Assembly: GCF_006345805.1 (NCBI RefSeq)
Contig: NC_042998.1
Coordinates: 191,704,001-191,768,000, forward strand
Direction: 5' to 3'
DNA from: Octopus sinensis
Lineage: Eukaryota
Length of the DNA: 64,000 nucleotides
The notes below the pieces were generated by a model. That model made no database searches and was not told the DNA's origin. It worked only from the letters and a program-made list of their open reading frames with translations. The number at the start of each line of letters is the position of its first letter. The first letter of the stretch is position 1. Positions 24,180 through 36,427 of the stretch are shown piece by piece. Made by a program: the position numbers and the translations under genes.

Positions 24180-24660
24180 GATTAGATTACTTAGATGAGT
24201 TTCAGCCGAAGTTGACTCAGGCCATGTCTGATTTAACAGCACCACCTGGAAGAGATACACAATCAGCTCTGGGGAACCGTAACCCATTCAAGCAGAGGGT
24301 TATTGTTTTCAGAGACATATCTGGGTGTGAGTGGTTTATCTGGTATTTGTTGTGGGAAATCATCTAAGGGTCGTTTGAATGCCGTGAAGTCACTTTCGTC
24401 TTCTAGGTGTGTCTGGCACGATGTTGAAGAGAGCAGAGCCAATTGAGGTGAAATAATTCTGTCATAGTGTTGTGATACGACACGAACATTTCTGTAATGG
24501 ACAGATAGCACGGGGGCCAAGCCTCGGACGAGTTTTAAAGATGACCAATGTTGATGGAATATTTTCCACATCATACATATGATATAGAGCTCACAGCGGC
24601 GGTGGAAGGACCAAAGCATGGGCTTTTTGAGTCGATCCCAATAGTCAAGGCTTGTCATGT
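24180..24660 (-). mobile_element. CR1-like LINE 3' end (ORF2 C-terminus and 3' tail)
   Basis: LDYWDRLKKPMLWSFHRRCELYIICMMWKIFH..AFKRPLDDFPQQIPDKPLTPRYVSENNNPLLEW follows the CR1/L2-clade pattern Y..RL..L.L.SL..RR.R.....WKI and LD.FL..IPD.P. Confidence 0.8.
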
Positions 24661-25050
24661 CATCCTCCGCAGACCTCCGCCAAACAGCTCATTTTAAGAT
24701 AGATGCGCGAGTAAAATTACTAATAGAGAAACGAAAATACACTTTTGAAACAGCAATGCCACCAGAGGATACGTGCAAACAATGAACATGTTTTCAAGGG
24801 AGATAATCAAAGAATGTAACATTGTAATACTTCATGTAAAGTAAATATAACAAATGAAAAATCTTTCAAGAATCCATGAAAATTCCCGGATCACTACCAA
24901 AATTTTATCGTTCCTTGTGCCATTACCAATACTTCCTGCAAGTTTCATCAAATACCGTTCACAACGTTTTGAATTATTTTGCACACAGACGGACAGACGG
25001 ACAAGCCAATGCCATTGAAAACATAACCTCCTTCTTTGGCAGAGGTAAAA
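24661..25050 (-). mobile_element. Helentron-associated non-autonomous element (HINE/DINE-1-like)
   Basis: Minus strand: T-run, subTIR ACCTCTGCCAA followed by GGAGGTTATGTTTTC, internal (GTCC/GTCT)n, and 3' subTIR TTGGCGGAGGT. This is the DINE-1/HINE layout. Confidence 0.65.
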
Positions 25051-25559
25051 ATGTTTAATAGAAATCAATAATAATTTCAGGTTTATAAAATTAATAAATT
25101 AAGTATTCATTGTAAATAATAGGTGTAATAAATAAATAAATAAATGTTATAGGTTGTAATTAATTATCTTGTCACACTATTGGAATGTCTTTAACAAAAT
25201 TTAGGTATAGATACTGTATGAGTAATACGGTATGAAAAATTCAAAATAAAAGGATTATATATATATATATACATTTGTATTCTTGCTCTCTACTGAGTAT
25301 GATATGTGAGCATTCCGCATCAGTACTATAAGAATCGTACCAGTATAGAGATTTCGATTTGTTGAAAATTTGCCGTCGTATTCAAATACAGTGTTCTCTA
25401 GGTTGATGAAACAGGGTGGGACCACAGAATGGAGCTTACAGCTAAAAATAACGTGGAAAACTTAGCCTTTGGCTGGCCTCACAATATCTAGATTCTCTGG
25501 TCAGAAGATGTTTACACTACGCCTAAAGCATAGAAATCATATTCATCCATTCACACAAA

Positions 25560-25563
25560 CACG

Positions 25564-25613
<50 letters not shown>

Positions 25614-25681
25614 TCTACATATCTACATACATATACGTTTATATCTTCATGCATATATCGATAAATCTACATGCATATATG

Positions 25682-25760
<79 letters not shown>
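25560..25760. repeat. (CA)n + (TA)n microsatellite
   Basis: Direct inspection. Confidence 0.95.
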
Positions 25761-25761
<1 letters not shown>

Positions 25762-25766
<5 letters not shown>

Positions 25767-25990
25767 AAAAAACAAGTATAAAATAGAAAATGCTAAAATA
25801 ATTTTATAGTGAACATTTCAGTACCGGTTTCGGTTATTTTGAGACCTTTTCAACTGTAACGATTAAATAATTAAATTTAGAAAAATTAGAAGAAAAGTTT
25901 TTTTAAAAGAATATTTCTATAGTAGTGTTCAGATTTAAGTGGCATTCTGCCTTTCTCTGACTCCCTTGTTTGCACTTGTGTGTTCTAGGT
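25762..25990 (-). mobile_element. solo pLTR-like module between two (TA)n tracts
   Basis: A ~230-bp non-repetitive insert in (TA)n carrying a minimal HHR motif. Confidence 0.55.
25816..25858 (-). ncRNA. minimal type I hammerhead ribozyme with U3:A8 covariant core
   Basis: RNA: UUACAG UUGAAAA GGU-cucaaaaua-ACC GAAA CCGG UA CUGAAA. Stem I CAG/CUG, stem II GGU/ACC, palindromic stem III ACCGGU, GUA triplet. Confidence 0.65.
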
Positions 25991-26024
25991 CATATATATG
26001 TATATATATATGTATATATATATA

Positions 26025-26092
<68 letters not shown>

Positions 26093-26113
26093 TATATATA
26101 TATATGATATATA

Positions 26114-26203
<90 letters not shown>

Positions 26204-26235
26204 GAATAACCGCACACGCACACAAACACACACAT
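25991..26235. repeat. (TA)n microsatellite
   Basis: Direct inspection. Confidence 0.95.
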
Positions 26236-26603
26236 ACACAAACATTACTGTATTCTTTTCCTTTGTTCATAAAATTGTCGGAAAACAAGGACAGTTGCTG
26301 ATTGCAAATTCTATACATTGTGTAGAGTGAAATTTATTGATAATATCGATTTGATTGTTATCCTAGGCTTTGTCCTTATAGGCTTATTCAATCAGTGAAT
26401 TAAAAAAAAAAAACAATAGACTCCTCTTACAAAACTTTTTTTATGTCACAATTGCAAATACATACAAGCATGACCTGATATGTACATGTACATATATACA
26501 TACATACGTTCATATACACGCACACATACATATATACATATAAAATTATACAATTATATGTGTATATATGTAATGTTCATAATGTATAATATACATTATA
26601 TCC

Positions 26604-26634
<31 letters not shown>

Positions 26635-26718
26635 TGTGTATTAAATATACGAGTATGTGTATGGTGCATATATGAATGCATATATACTAAATATGATACC
26701 TTATATACATTATATACA

Positions 26719-26793
<75 letters not shown>

Positions 26794-26919
26794 TATATTT
26801 TCACTTGTGTATATATTTGTGTGTATGTGTGTGTATGTATGAATGTATGTATGTACACCCACACGTGTGTGTGTGTGTGTGTATGTGTGTGTGTGTGCTT
26901 GTGCAAGTGTCCTTGTTTA

Positions 26920-27810
26920 CTGCTGTATCTGCGGTGATCTTTAGGCTGGGATCGATCGGGGCAGGTGAGTGATAAAGAAGGCTGAATTACTCCTTCCAGC
27001 GTTCCAGGTAGACGGCTTCTGTGGTGATGACATTGCCATTCGTACCCTTCCCTAATTCCGTCTTGAACTGGGGACCGGCACTGTCTCTGCGAAGCGTGTC
27101 TAACATTAGGTTGAGGTCATTGTACCTTGCTGCTGTCTCCAGCTGTTTAGCTCCTTCTTCTCAGTACATTTCTTGGCCACTTCTGACGTTCTTGTTGCGC
27201 AACTGGTCGAGCTGGCATAATTCATTTATGTTGCTTCGCAGCCAATTTCGCGTCGACGCTTAATTAGCTTCTGCATCACTTATGAAATCCAAGGCTGCTT
27301 GGAAGGAGGATAATAGTTTACCAGGACGTCATGTGCAGACTAGTTGACACTCGAGTTGAAGATATCTCAGTTGTCGGTCTCATCTTCGGACATGGTGAAT
27401 CTGGGTGAGACTGATACTTGATGGCAGAGTCCACTTGCAGCTTCAACTTGAGTGTCGCAGCCAGCAATCGATGGTCGGTATTGCCGGGTTGAGCGCCTCT
27501 GAAGACTCAGCAGTTGGTGACAAATGCCCTCAGCAGCGAGAGATGATAAGATAGTCGCTCGCCCTCCGGCTGTAGTCGTTTGAGCTATACTAGGTCCAGA
27601 GATGGGTGAGATTGCGGGGAAACCAGGTGTTGTCGATATAAAGTTTGTTGTAGCAGCATAGGATCAGAGACGATTACCGTTATTATTGTTGGATTGGTCG
27701 GCAAATATTGCCAATGAGTTGACTCTGGAGTGAGTCGTTTGGAGGGAGCTTGGCAGAAAGAGAAATAATAGCTTTGGTGTCTGTCTGGACGACCGTGAAA
27801 TCTCTCTGCT
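26920..27810 (-). mobile_element. RTE-clade LINE fragment (APE endonuclease C-half and linker), disrupted
   Basis: Across frameshifts: NNNGNRL.SYAATT..YIDNTWFPRNLTHLWT.YSSND..DYLIISR..VFRGAQPGNTDHRLLAATLKLKLQ, i.e. APE motifs NGxRL, NTWF and DHRL. Confidence 0.8.
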
Positions 27811-27937
27811 ACCAACCATATTTTTGCCCTTTGTCTCACAATTCGAAGATCTCCACCTCTACATCGCCTTCGTCATCTCAATCATACAAAGCTCCATCGT
27901 TGAAATACAGGTAACAAAAACAATGTCACATTTCAAT

Positions 27938-28770
27938 ATCTGTCACAAAAAATATCCGGTCTGTTACGTTTACATTTGCCAGATGATTTGATGTGAAGGT
28001 CCCAACAGTATTCGTTGTGTTGATGTTTGTGTATGTCTTCAATAACAGCAAGATTCTCTGCATTTAATCCAATTTTAAAGAATGACATTGTATATTTTTT
28101 TCGACAACTTGAGAAAAGCCTTACAGAATTTTATTACTCCATTTACAGATTATATTTGTAATGAGAGAGTTAGTTGGTTCATTTCTTTTTCTGAAAATCC
28201 TAGGTTATCCAGATTCTCACTTCATTTACTCACAAAGCCAAATACACAAATTATTATTGGTATAAATGTGAATTTGTAATCTGGATATCGAAGCTGAAGG
28301 TTTCGGAGCAGTTGTCCATTATTATTCTTTTTGTCTTCGTTTCACATCAGCAGGCCAGCTATGACGGAAATTCCATTTATTTATCTGTCACAAACAATAT
28401 CCGGTCTGTTACGTTTATATTAGCCAGATGCTTTGATGGGAAGGTCCCACTAGTATTCCTTGTGTAGATATTTGTGTATGTCTTCAATAACAGTAAGATT
28501 ACTTGCATTTAATCCAGGACTGTTTTTTTAAGAATGACATTGTATGTATTTTGCGACAATGTCATGTCACATAGCAGCTGCTAATCACATGTGATGGATT
28601 CCACAAAGATATATAATATAATCTACATGTTCCGTTGCATCCTGGAGTTCCAATGACTTCGCCTTCTCTTTTGTTTACTAGGAATTTCGTAGCAACCTCC
28701 TGTTCTTGGAATGCAAGTGCATAGCCTTCGGAGTACGATGTGATGTAATGGTCACGAATGTAGAGATATA
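27938..28770 (-). mobile_element. RLE LINE (R4/Dong-like) C-terminal fragment with partial tandem duplication
   Basis: HYITSYSEGYALAFQEQEVATKFLVNKRE..CNGTCRL..HVISSC..HDIVAKYIYN..WDLPIKASG.YKRNRPDIV..GQLLRNLQLRYPDYKFTFIPIIICVFGFV..KFCKAFLK (CCHC knuckle + PD-(D/E)xK). 27938-28107 duplicates 28383-28559. Confidence 0.8.
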
Positions 28771-28789
28771 TACTAAGTTTTCAGAAAAT

Positions 28790-28865
28790 ATGTATGCATG
28801 TATGTATGTATGTATGTATGTATGTATGTATGTATGTATGTATGTATGTATGTATGTATGCATGT
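28790..28865. repeat. (TATG)n microsatellite
   Basis: Direct inspection. Confidence 0.95.
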
Positions 28866-29189
28866 AGAGATGCGTGCATAGTAGTTAGGAGTAATGCTGT
28901 TTTCATTGTCACATTGTGGTTGAGACTCCTGGATCGCTCGGTGCTTTGTATTCTCCACTAAACACTTAATGCTACGTGAATAAATATGCTGTAGAAGCCA
29001 CGAAACCGAACTTTTGAGCGTATGGATCCGTTTTTGATTTAAATACTTTGGACGCTGACATACATACCTACATACATGCATGCATACAAACACTCATACA
29101 TACATACAAACGTACATACGTATACACACTACACACACATACACAAATACACACACATATAAATGAGTAACAGAAAGGTGTGTGCGCAT

Positions 29190-29375
29190 TATCCCGACCT
29201 AGGTCAGATGAATAGGGAAGTTGTTCCCGTACGGTGATATTCTTTTCCGCCAGGAACTGGTGGAAGCTGAGGGCGTTGCTATGTCGTCGTGAAGCAGTCA
29301 CGATTTGTCCTGCCACAACTCTTGTCTCTTCTCGCGCACTGAGTGAAGCAAACGTCGCGGGATTTTTTGTAGACT
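29190..29375 (-). mobile_element. mariner transposase fragment (catalytic C-terminal part)
   Basis: HSNALSFHQFLAEKNITVREQLPYSSDLG matches the mariner HNALS..QFLAEKNITV..QPPYSPDL motif. Confidence 0.75.
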
Positions 29376-29419
29376 TCCTAACTGATACATACATACATAT
29401 GTAGGTACGTATGTATGCA

Positions 29420-29665
29420 TATATGTATGAATGTATCTTGTCTTCTTGTCTTGAGACAGCATTCACCCGGGATGGGTTGAGCTGACTTCCTTCACCCTCA
29501 ATGCTGCATCTCTTACAAACGCCGACTAGACCTGGCGATTTGAGGCTAACGTCCGCGTGATCTCGACCACTCCTTATTCTAGCGGCGAACGCCATAGATA
29601 TGGGGGACTAGTTTGGGTTCCCTATCAGCCTTGACTGTCATCAGCCACGTTTTTCGCTGTCCACC
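29420..29665 (-). mobile_element. RTE-clade LINE 3' end
   Basis: GGQRKTWLMTVKAD..HIYGVRR.NKEW..TLASNRQV.SAFVRDA..STHPG* followed by a caagacaagaagacaag tail. Confidence 0.7.
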
Positions 29666-30644
29666 GTATGTATGTATGTATGTATGTATGTATGTATGTA
29701 TGTATGTATGTATGTATGTATGTATGTATGTGTTTACGTACGTGTGTATTTAGTCTTTATATTATTTTTATGTACTGAAAGCAGTGAAATGCGTTCACCG
29801 ATTTATCTGATCATCTATCATTTGTGACATCAATGCACACATCCAGAATAGAAACACAAACGTTTATAAAAGAATATCACTGCTAATTAACGCCAGACTA
29901 TAAAGAAACTTTACCTTTAACGTAAGAGTAACTTTAAATCATGCAATATTGTGTAATAACGGTTCGATATTCGTAAATAAGGAACCTTGTTAATAATTCT
30001 ATTCTAGATAATGGCAATGCAAATTAGCTTATACTCTCCAATCGAACGTTTAAATGTTAAGATAAAGCATATAGTGGAGAATAGAAGATCACAAGTGTTA
30101 CATTTTATTAAATTGCCATTTAATCTTAAAGCAGTATCACGTGATATAGCTTCATGTGCTTTCGAATGTAGGGTATCATCTTAAAATATTCTCTATATTT
30201 ATATCTAATTGGCAAACAAGTATTGGAGCCGATTAAAGAAAACAGAACTCAAGCTTTCAATTGATTCGCTCTCTGATATTGAAAGCACTAATCGGACTTT
30301 CTAATTAATCTTGTGCAATGCTGAGTTATTCTATGTGCTACATGTTAATGTAATTCCAATTAACATCACTGCTTTCAGACGATTACGCATCGACTCGGCA
30401 TATAGACGCCAATAGCTACTCAATAAGCACTTAGTTTTAATAAAGAAATCGTCTTAGTTTATATTATTTGCTGGAAGATGTTGTCTGTCAGACCATCAAA
30501 GTTTATCACAAAACACCCCCCGCTCCACTACGCTAATGATCGTAGGTGACATTGTAGATGTTCATTTAAATATTTGCCAAACGTTTTGCACACAGTTCTG
30601 TATATATCCATCCATCCATCCATCCATCCATCCTACACACACAC

Positions 30645-30679
<35 letters not shown>

Positions 30680-30821
30680 CAGTTTTATATATATAGATTA
30701 TGCCGTTCTCAGGAGCAACTCATATCTACCATCGAGTTTGTCTCGTTTCTATTCACTTTAGAACGACATGGATATATACACAAACAACTGACGCATATAT
30801 ATATATGACCTCATTTATATA

Positions 30822-31338
30822 TCTATATATATAAAACTGTAGTTTTGTGAGTGTCTGTCCCCTTCGATTTAGATTCCTAACTACTCCCACATTTTGTGGT
30901 GCAGTTTAACCAAATTCGGGTATCTTATAGTCGTGATTCATATCGAGCCTGTCTGAGTATTAGCGCGCGTCTACGATGAGTCTACCATTTTAAAAATAAT
31001 TTAACATCATTTTTTATTCCATTTTAATGCATAATTTTTCGTGTGTTGATGGCGGCGGAGTTGGCGTCCACGCTCAAACACCTGCACTTGTGTTTGCTTC
31101 TCCCCCTTCTTCCCTCCCTCGTGAAGCTGTGGGGAAGGGAGTTTAAGGAAATCAACGTCGTAATGCGTTGTCAAGGAGACCAGCGTTCTTTTAGAACAAC
31201 GACTTCATGGCTTGAAGATACCAAAACAGAAATGGCTAAGAAAGCCCGAATTGGCATATATAAGGGAAGTAACTCTCTAAAAATGCTTATATAGTTATTT
31301 CCCTTACAAATCCGAGCAACGCCGGGCGATACTGCTAG
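30822..31338 (+). mobile_element. non-autonomous Helitron
   Basis: A|TC-TATATATATAAAA start; ends gagcaacgccgggcgatactg-CTAG|T, i.e. inserted between A and T. Confidence 0.85.
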
Positions 31339-31449
31339 TTTATATATAAAGGAGGAATTTAAAAATTAGTTTTATGCATTTGTGTACATTTTAACTAATT
31401 AAATATTATTTTAAAGAATAATAGAATTAAAATTTCTTTGATTAAAACC

Positions 31450-32385
31450 CTTTCTAATATAGAAGTGTCCAAAAGCATTTAAGGCACATAATGCTTTATG
31501 AGTACAAAAAAGGAAACTCTGCAGCCGAAGCGACTCGAAACATACACTCCGTTTATGGGAAAGAATGCTTGAATGAAAGAACTTGCAGAAGATGGTTTGC
31601 AAAATTTAGAAGTGGAGATTTCGCCTTTGGAGATGAAGATCGAACAGGATGTCCAGTTAGGTTTGATGATAAGCTCCTTGAGACACTACTTGAAGAAAAT
31701 CCTGCATTATCACTGAAGAATTGGCAATAAAGCTTAGTTCAAACCATACAACTGTTCATCATCATCTTCAACAACTTGGAAACGTTCCTAATCTTGTCCG
31801 AAAGCAACCACAAATTCCGAGTTGACATCTGCTCTTCTTTTCATTCTCGCGAACCCATTTCACTCATTTTGGATAGACTTGTGACTGGTGACGAAAAATG
31901 GATCGTCTATCGAAATGTTAAACGTCGTAAACAGTGGCTTGGTAAAAGGGAAAAAAACTCAACCACAACCAAGAAGCGAACTTTATAGGAAAAAACGTTC
32001 TTCTCTGTATCTGGTGGGATTGCAAAAGAGTAATTCACTTTGAATTATTACCACCTAATGCAACAACAATGCACAAGTCTACTAATGAATCGAAAACAAT
32101 GCGCAACCCCACACTGCAAAGATCACATCACAGAAGATCAAAGAACTTGGTTGGGAAAAATTCTCCCAACCTTGCTCCTTTAGACTACAATTTTTTTTGT
32201 AGTTTACAGAATCATTTGGGGGACATAACCTTCGCAAGCCAGGAGGAGGTTGAAGCTGACATTTTAGAGTTCTTCATTTTGAAACCAAAAGAGCTTTACA
32301 TTGATGATTAAATTTCAATTAAATATAACATTTGATCACGTATTTTCTTTATTCACAATTCGGACAGAACTTATGGGATTACGTG

Positions 32386-32390
<5 letters not shown>
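31450..32390 (+). pseudogene. mariner transposase pseudogene with right TIR
   Basis: MLYEYKKGNSAAEATRNIHSVYG..CRRWFAKFRSGDF..RTGCP, LDRLVTGDEKWIVYRNVKRRKQW, and PNLAPLDYNFFCSLQNHL, with frameshifts. Right TIR-like aattcggacagaacttatgggattacgtga at ~32358-32388. Left TIR not found. Confidence 0.9.
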
Positions 32391-32435
<45 letters not shown>

Positions 32436-32598
32436 ATGCGTGTGTATAAAAAGGGGCTATGCACTATCGGTTCCGCTTCTGAATAGCCGTCAGTATTGTC
32501 TAGTGCAATCGTCCAAAACTGATGGATATTCACTAACCAGGTATACGCCATAACCAGCAATATACTGCACAACAATATAATATAATTTATGTATGTGT

Positions 32599-33620
32599 AT
32601 ACACCGTGTCCCAAAAATATTTATGCAAACAATTTTGCTGCACAGTGTGCATTCTTTTGCACATTTTATCACGTGTGTGTGACCTCCTTCGGTCATGAAT
32701 GACCATTGAATTGCACCTAGAAAGTCACCCTCCGAGGCACAGGTCTGGGCAAGGTTGTTTATGGAAGACCAGCAGTTGACCACGCATACCAGCCTCCCCT
32801 CTCCACGCCACCGATGTTATCCAAGGGAAATGCAAAGGGCGATACAGCTTGGCAGCATTGACGTCGCAGCTCATTTATTAACGTGCAAGTGGCTGAGCAC
32901 TCCACAGACACGTGTACCCTTAACGTAGTTCTCGAGGAGATTCAGCGTGACACAGAGTGTGACAAGGCTGGCCCTTTGAAATACAGGTACAACAGAAACA
33001 GGAAGCAAGAGTGAGAAAAAGTTGTGCTGAAAGTGTACAGCAGGGTTCACCACCACCCCCTGCCAAAGGCTCGTGGAGCCTTTAGGTGTTTTCGCTCAAT
33101 AAACACTCGCAATGCCCTGTCTGGAAACGAAACCGCGATCCTACGACCGCGAGTCCGCTGCCCTAACCACTGGGCCATTGCGCCTCCACACATTTTATCA
33201 TGTAGTACTCGCAAAACTCCACTACTCGATCCGGATCAACTCATTGAGAACATAGACCATTCTTAGAATGTAAGCTTTCCAATGACAGCACATAAAAATG
33301 TATGTACGCTTGATTTTGAAAATTCCTATCTTATAGCTTACTGGTTTATCCAATTTTCCTGGACTCTTGCAAGCCGTTTCTCGTACTTCTTGCTTTGTCG
33401 GGCTCGTAAATGTCCGCAGTCGTCTGAAACGTATTCTGTGGACATTATGAAAAATTCCATCTGCTTCAAGCTTATCTCTAGAACGAATGGTCGAAAGTCA
33501 TGTTGGTAGATCTGTACGGAACACCCTTCTAAACTGAACAGTCTTTGTACTTCGATTGCATCTACAAATTTCCTGTAAAACTTTAAAGTAAATGTCTTTT
33601 GTTCCAATCTTGATCTGATC
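32599..33620 (-). mobile_element. internally deleted Tc1/mariner-superfamily element (DUF4817-type N-terminus), interrupted by a SINE
   Basis: EQKTFTLKFYRKFVDAIEVQR..FRTDLPT..RDKLEADG..TSPTKQ..CHWKAYILRMVYVLNE.DPDRVVEFCEYY across frameshifts. TA + CACCGTGTCCCAAAA TIR-like end at ~32599. Confidence 0.7.
32672..33188 (-). mobile_element. chimeric SINE: family C head/body (32876-33188) fused to an unrelated tail (32672-32875), with TSD
   Basis: 12-bp direct repeat cacattttatca at 32660-32671 and 33189-33200. The head matches 3914-4289; the tail does not. Confidence 0.8.
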
Positions 33621-33699
33621 TACTTTCACAATTTCTAATGGATTAAATAAAAAGAAATCTAAGTTAAATAGGTTAAATGCGTTATCAGATGTAAATTTG

Positions 33700-33970
33700 T
33701 GTATATATTTCTCTCTCTCTCTATCCGTCTCTCTCTCCCTCTGTTTCACACACACACACATACACACAAATACACACATGCAAGCATACACACACATACA
33801 AACATAAAGACAACTTATCCATATATATGTATGTATGTATGTGTGTGTGTATGTATGTACGTATGTATGTATGTATGTGTGTGTATGTATGTATGTGTGT
33901 GTGTATGTATGTGTGTGTATGTATGTATGTATGTGTGTATGTATGAATGTATGTGTGTATGCATGTATAT
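33700..33970. repeat. (CT)n/(CA)n/(TATG)n microsatellite
   Basis: Direct inspection. Confidence 0.95.
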
Positions 33971-34828
33971 ACAAATCTATTGGTTTGACTCCTTGCAGTC
34001 CTGCAGTCAGCTGGTAAGGCCACGGAATAATTTTTCCCTCTGCAATGCAGCTTTCAAGTCGTCACTAACTGCTCGTAGTTTTGTCCGTTCATATTATATA
34101 CAATATACATATCTTCTCTAGCTTCTGCTTGCTTAAAAACTTCAAACGGTGTTACTTTATCCGCATAGGCTACCTTCTGCATTCACCTAAGGGATAATAT
34201 AACTGCAGCTTTCAAATACGTTTACACTTCTTTGTTGGTGTTCCATATCACACAGCCATATGTAAGAAAGGGTTCTCTCATTGGTAGCAATTTATACGAC
34301 AATATATGTTTGAACTCAAAGAAAGCAGTCTTGACTTAAAATATCCTTTGTGTTTTTTTTCCCTATTTGATGTAATAAAGAAAAGGACTGAATAATCAGG
34401 AACATATGTTGGCAGCAAGCCACGGCAATCAGAATTGAGTATGAAATAGGAAAATATGAGGTGACCAAGAAAAGACTACAAGATTGATGTGTTTTATCGG
34501 CAAACGTGCTTTGTAAGATGTATTGAAAATATACGAGGTACTCGAATGGGATAATAATATCGAAACAGTCTTCCTAGCAACATCAGAGAAAATCAAACAA
34601 ACTCTAGTCAGAAGCATTAATAAGGAAACGGCAAAGAAAACAAAGAAGTGATAATGACAAGCTCAATTTGCAACGATTATCAATGGAAAAACCTTGAAAT
34701 AAGTCGGTCGCCTTTGGTAAAACGCACGTAGTAAATATATATAGCAATTCGCATGCACACATAAGTATACACAGGCAAACTCATGCCTCTGTCTGTCTTT
34801 AAATACACACACATACACACACAACAGT

Positions 34829-34871
<43 letters not shown>

Positions 34872-36019
34872 AGAGAGACGGAGGTAATCAAGATATTGAA
34901 ACGGGAGAAACAGATATTAAATGCAGAACTGGAAATACGGTATTAGCACCATCCTATGTTATATATACAACCGTAAACTTGAATAAAACTGACTGAAGCG
35001 ACATAGAGTAAAATATCCTACCCATAAGTACCCTGCCTATTTTTTAAGCATTACATATCTAAGACTGTACAGGGATAAAATTAGATATGTCAGGCTTGAA
35101 AACTGAGTCCTTACATATGAAATAGATTTGTGTTGTTCTGTGAATATTGAGCTTTAAATTCTAGCAAATCGAATGGTCATTTAGTGACTACCTTGTATAC
35201 TACAGGAAAGAAAATTCTGGGTAAATACTTTCCTTTAATTTCTCATTTTTATTAGATAGTAAAAGAAGGGTAATGAAGGAATTAATAAACAGAGTTATGC
35301 CAACTCTTGACTACATTGGATCTAACAGTGTCTCATTTTCCCATTTTGTTCCCTTAAGTTGTATTTGCATCATATATTTTGGAAAACAAGCATTTAGGAA
35401 TTAAAATGGTTAAAATATTTCTTTTGTGAAAAAAGTAAAACGTCTTTATCTCTAGCTTCCTTTAGCACTGTTCACATGCATTCAGTCACTTCACCATCGA
35501 TGCTCACACTCCCGATGCAAACCCCTCCCACGCGCAAAATTATGCATATATCTGCTTGTTCTTGTGTGTGTTTGTGTAAAATATTCTTAAAATAAGAAAT
35601 AGTTACCATGTTTTTTTTTGTTTTATTTTGTAATTTATATTTTGGCAACCATTGCGATGTAGTTACGGATTACGTTTAGAACATACTTTTAGGATTCATT
35701 TCTAATTTTTATGGAGACCCCGCCGGAAATTAAATCATCAGCAGTTGAAAGATAAAACTCACAAATACATAGTAAAGTATATTCAGTAAAATCTTTAACA
35801 TTTGGCACGAAATCTTCATGCCGGAATATTGTTTGACTTTAGGTTTGGTTTGGGTATCAATTTTACAAATAGTTCATCATCAATTACTTCTAAAAATATA
35901 GAAAATGAATTCTAGAATTTTATTGTGTTAAGGAATTATGATTACTTTTGGCAAAGAGAGTAAAAACAATTATTCTTCTTGTTTACGATAGTTTAACATT
36001 TCTCTCTTTTGGAAATATT

Positions 36020-36427
36020 CTCTTTATTTGTTTCAGTCATTTGAGTGTGGCCATGCTGGAGCACCATCTTTAGTCGAGCAAATCGACACCAGGACTTATT
36101 CTTTGTAAGCCTAGTACTTATTTTATCGGTCTCTTTTGCCGAACCGCTAAGTTACAGTGACGTAAACACACCAGCATCGGTTGTCAAGCGATGTTGGAAA
36201 GACAAACACAAACACAAACACAAAAACATATACACACACACACATATATATATACATATATACGACGGGCTTCTTTCAATTTCCGGCAACCAACTCCACT
36301 CACAAGGTTTTGGTCGACCCGAGGCTATAGTAGAAGACACATGCCCAAAGTGCCACGCAGTGGGACTGAACCCGGAACCATGTGGTTGGTAAACAAGCTA
36401 CTTACCACACAGCCACTCCTACGCCTA
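36020..36427 (-). mobile_element. tRNA-derived SINE, family B, full length
   Basis: Minus-strand head aggcgtaggagtggctgtgtggtaagtagc..ggttccgggttcagtccc, central (TA/TG) tract, tail ggtgctccagcatggcc..tgactgaaac. Confidence 0.9.

Noticed and set aside
33990-34200. Minus-strand peptide ERTKLRAVSDDLKAALQREKLF as a candidate coding exon
   Set aside because: In-frame stop immediately upstream and no acceptor AG.
34440-34640. DVLKIYEVLEWD.. as a possible gag fragment
   Set aside because: Similarity too weak and interrupted by stops.
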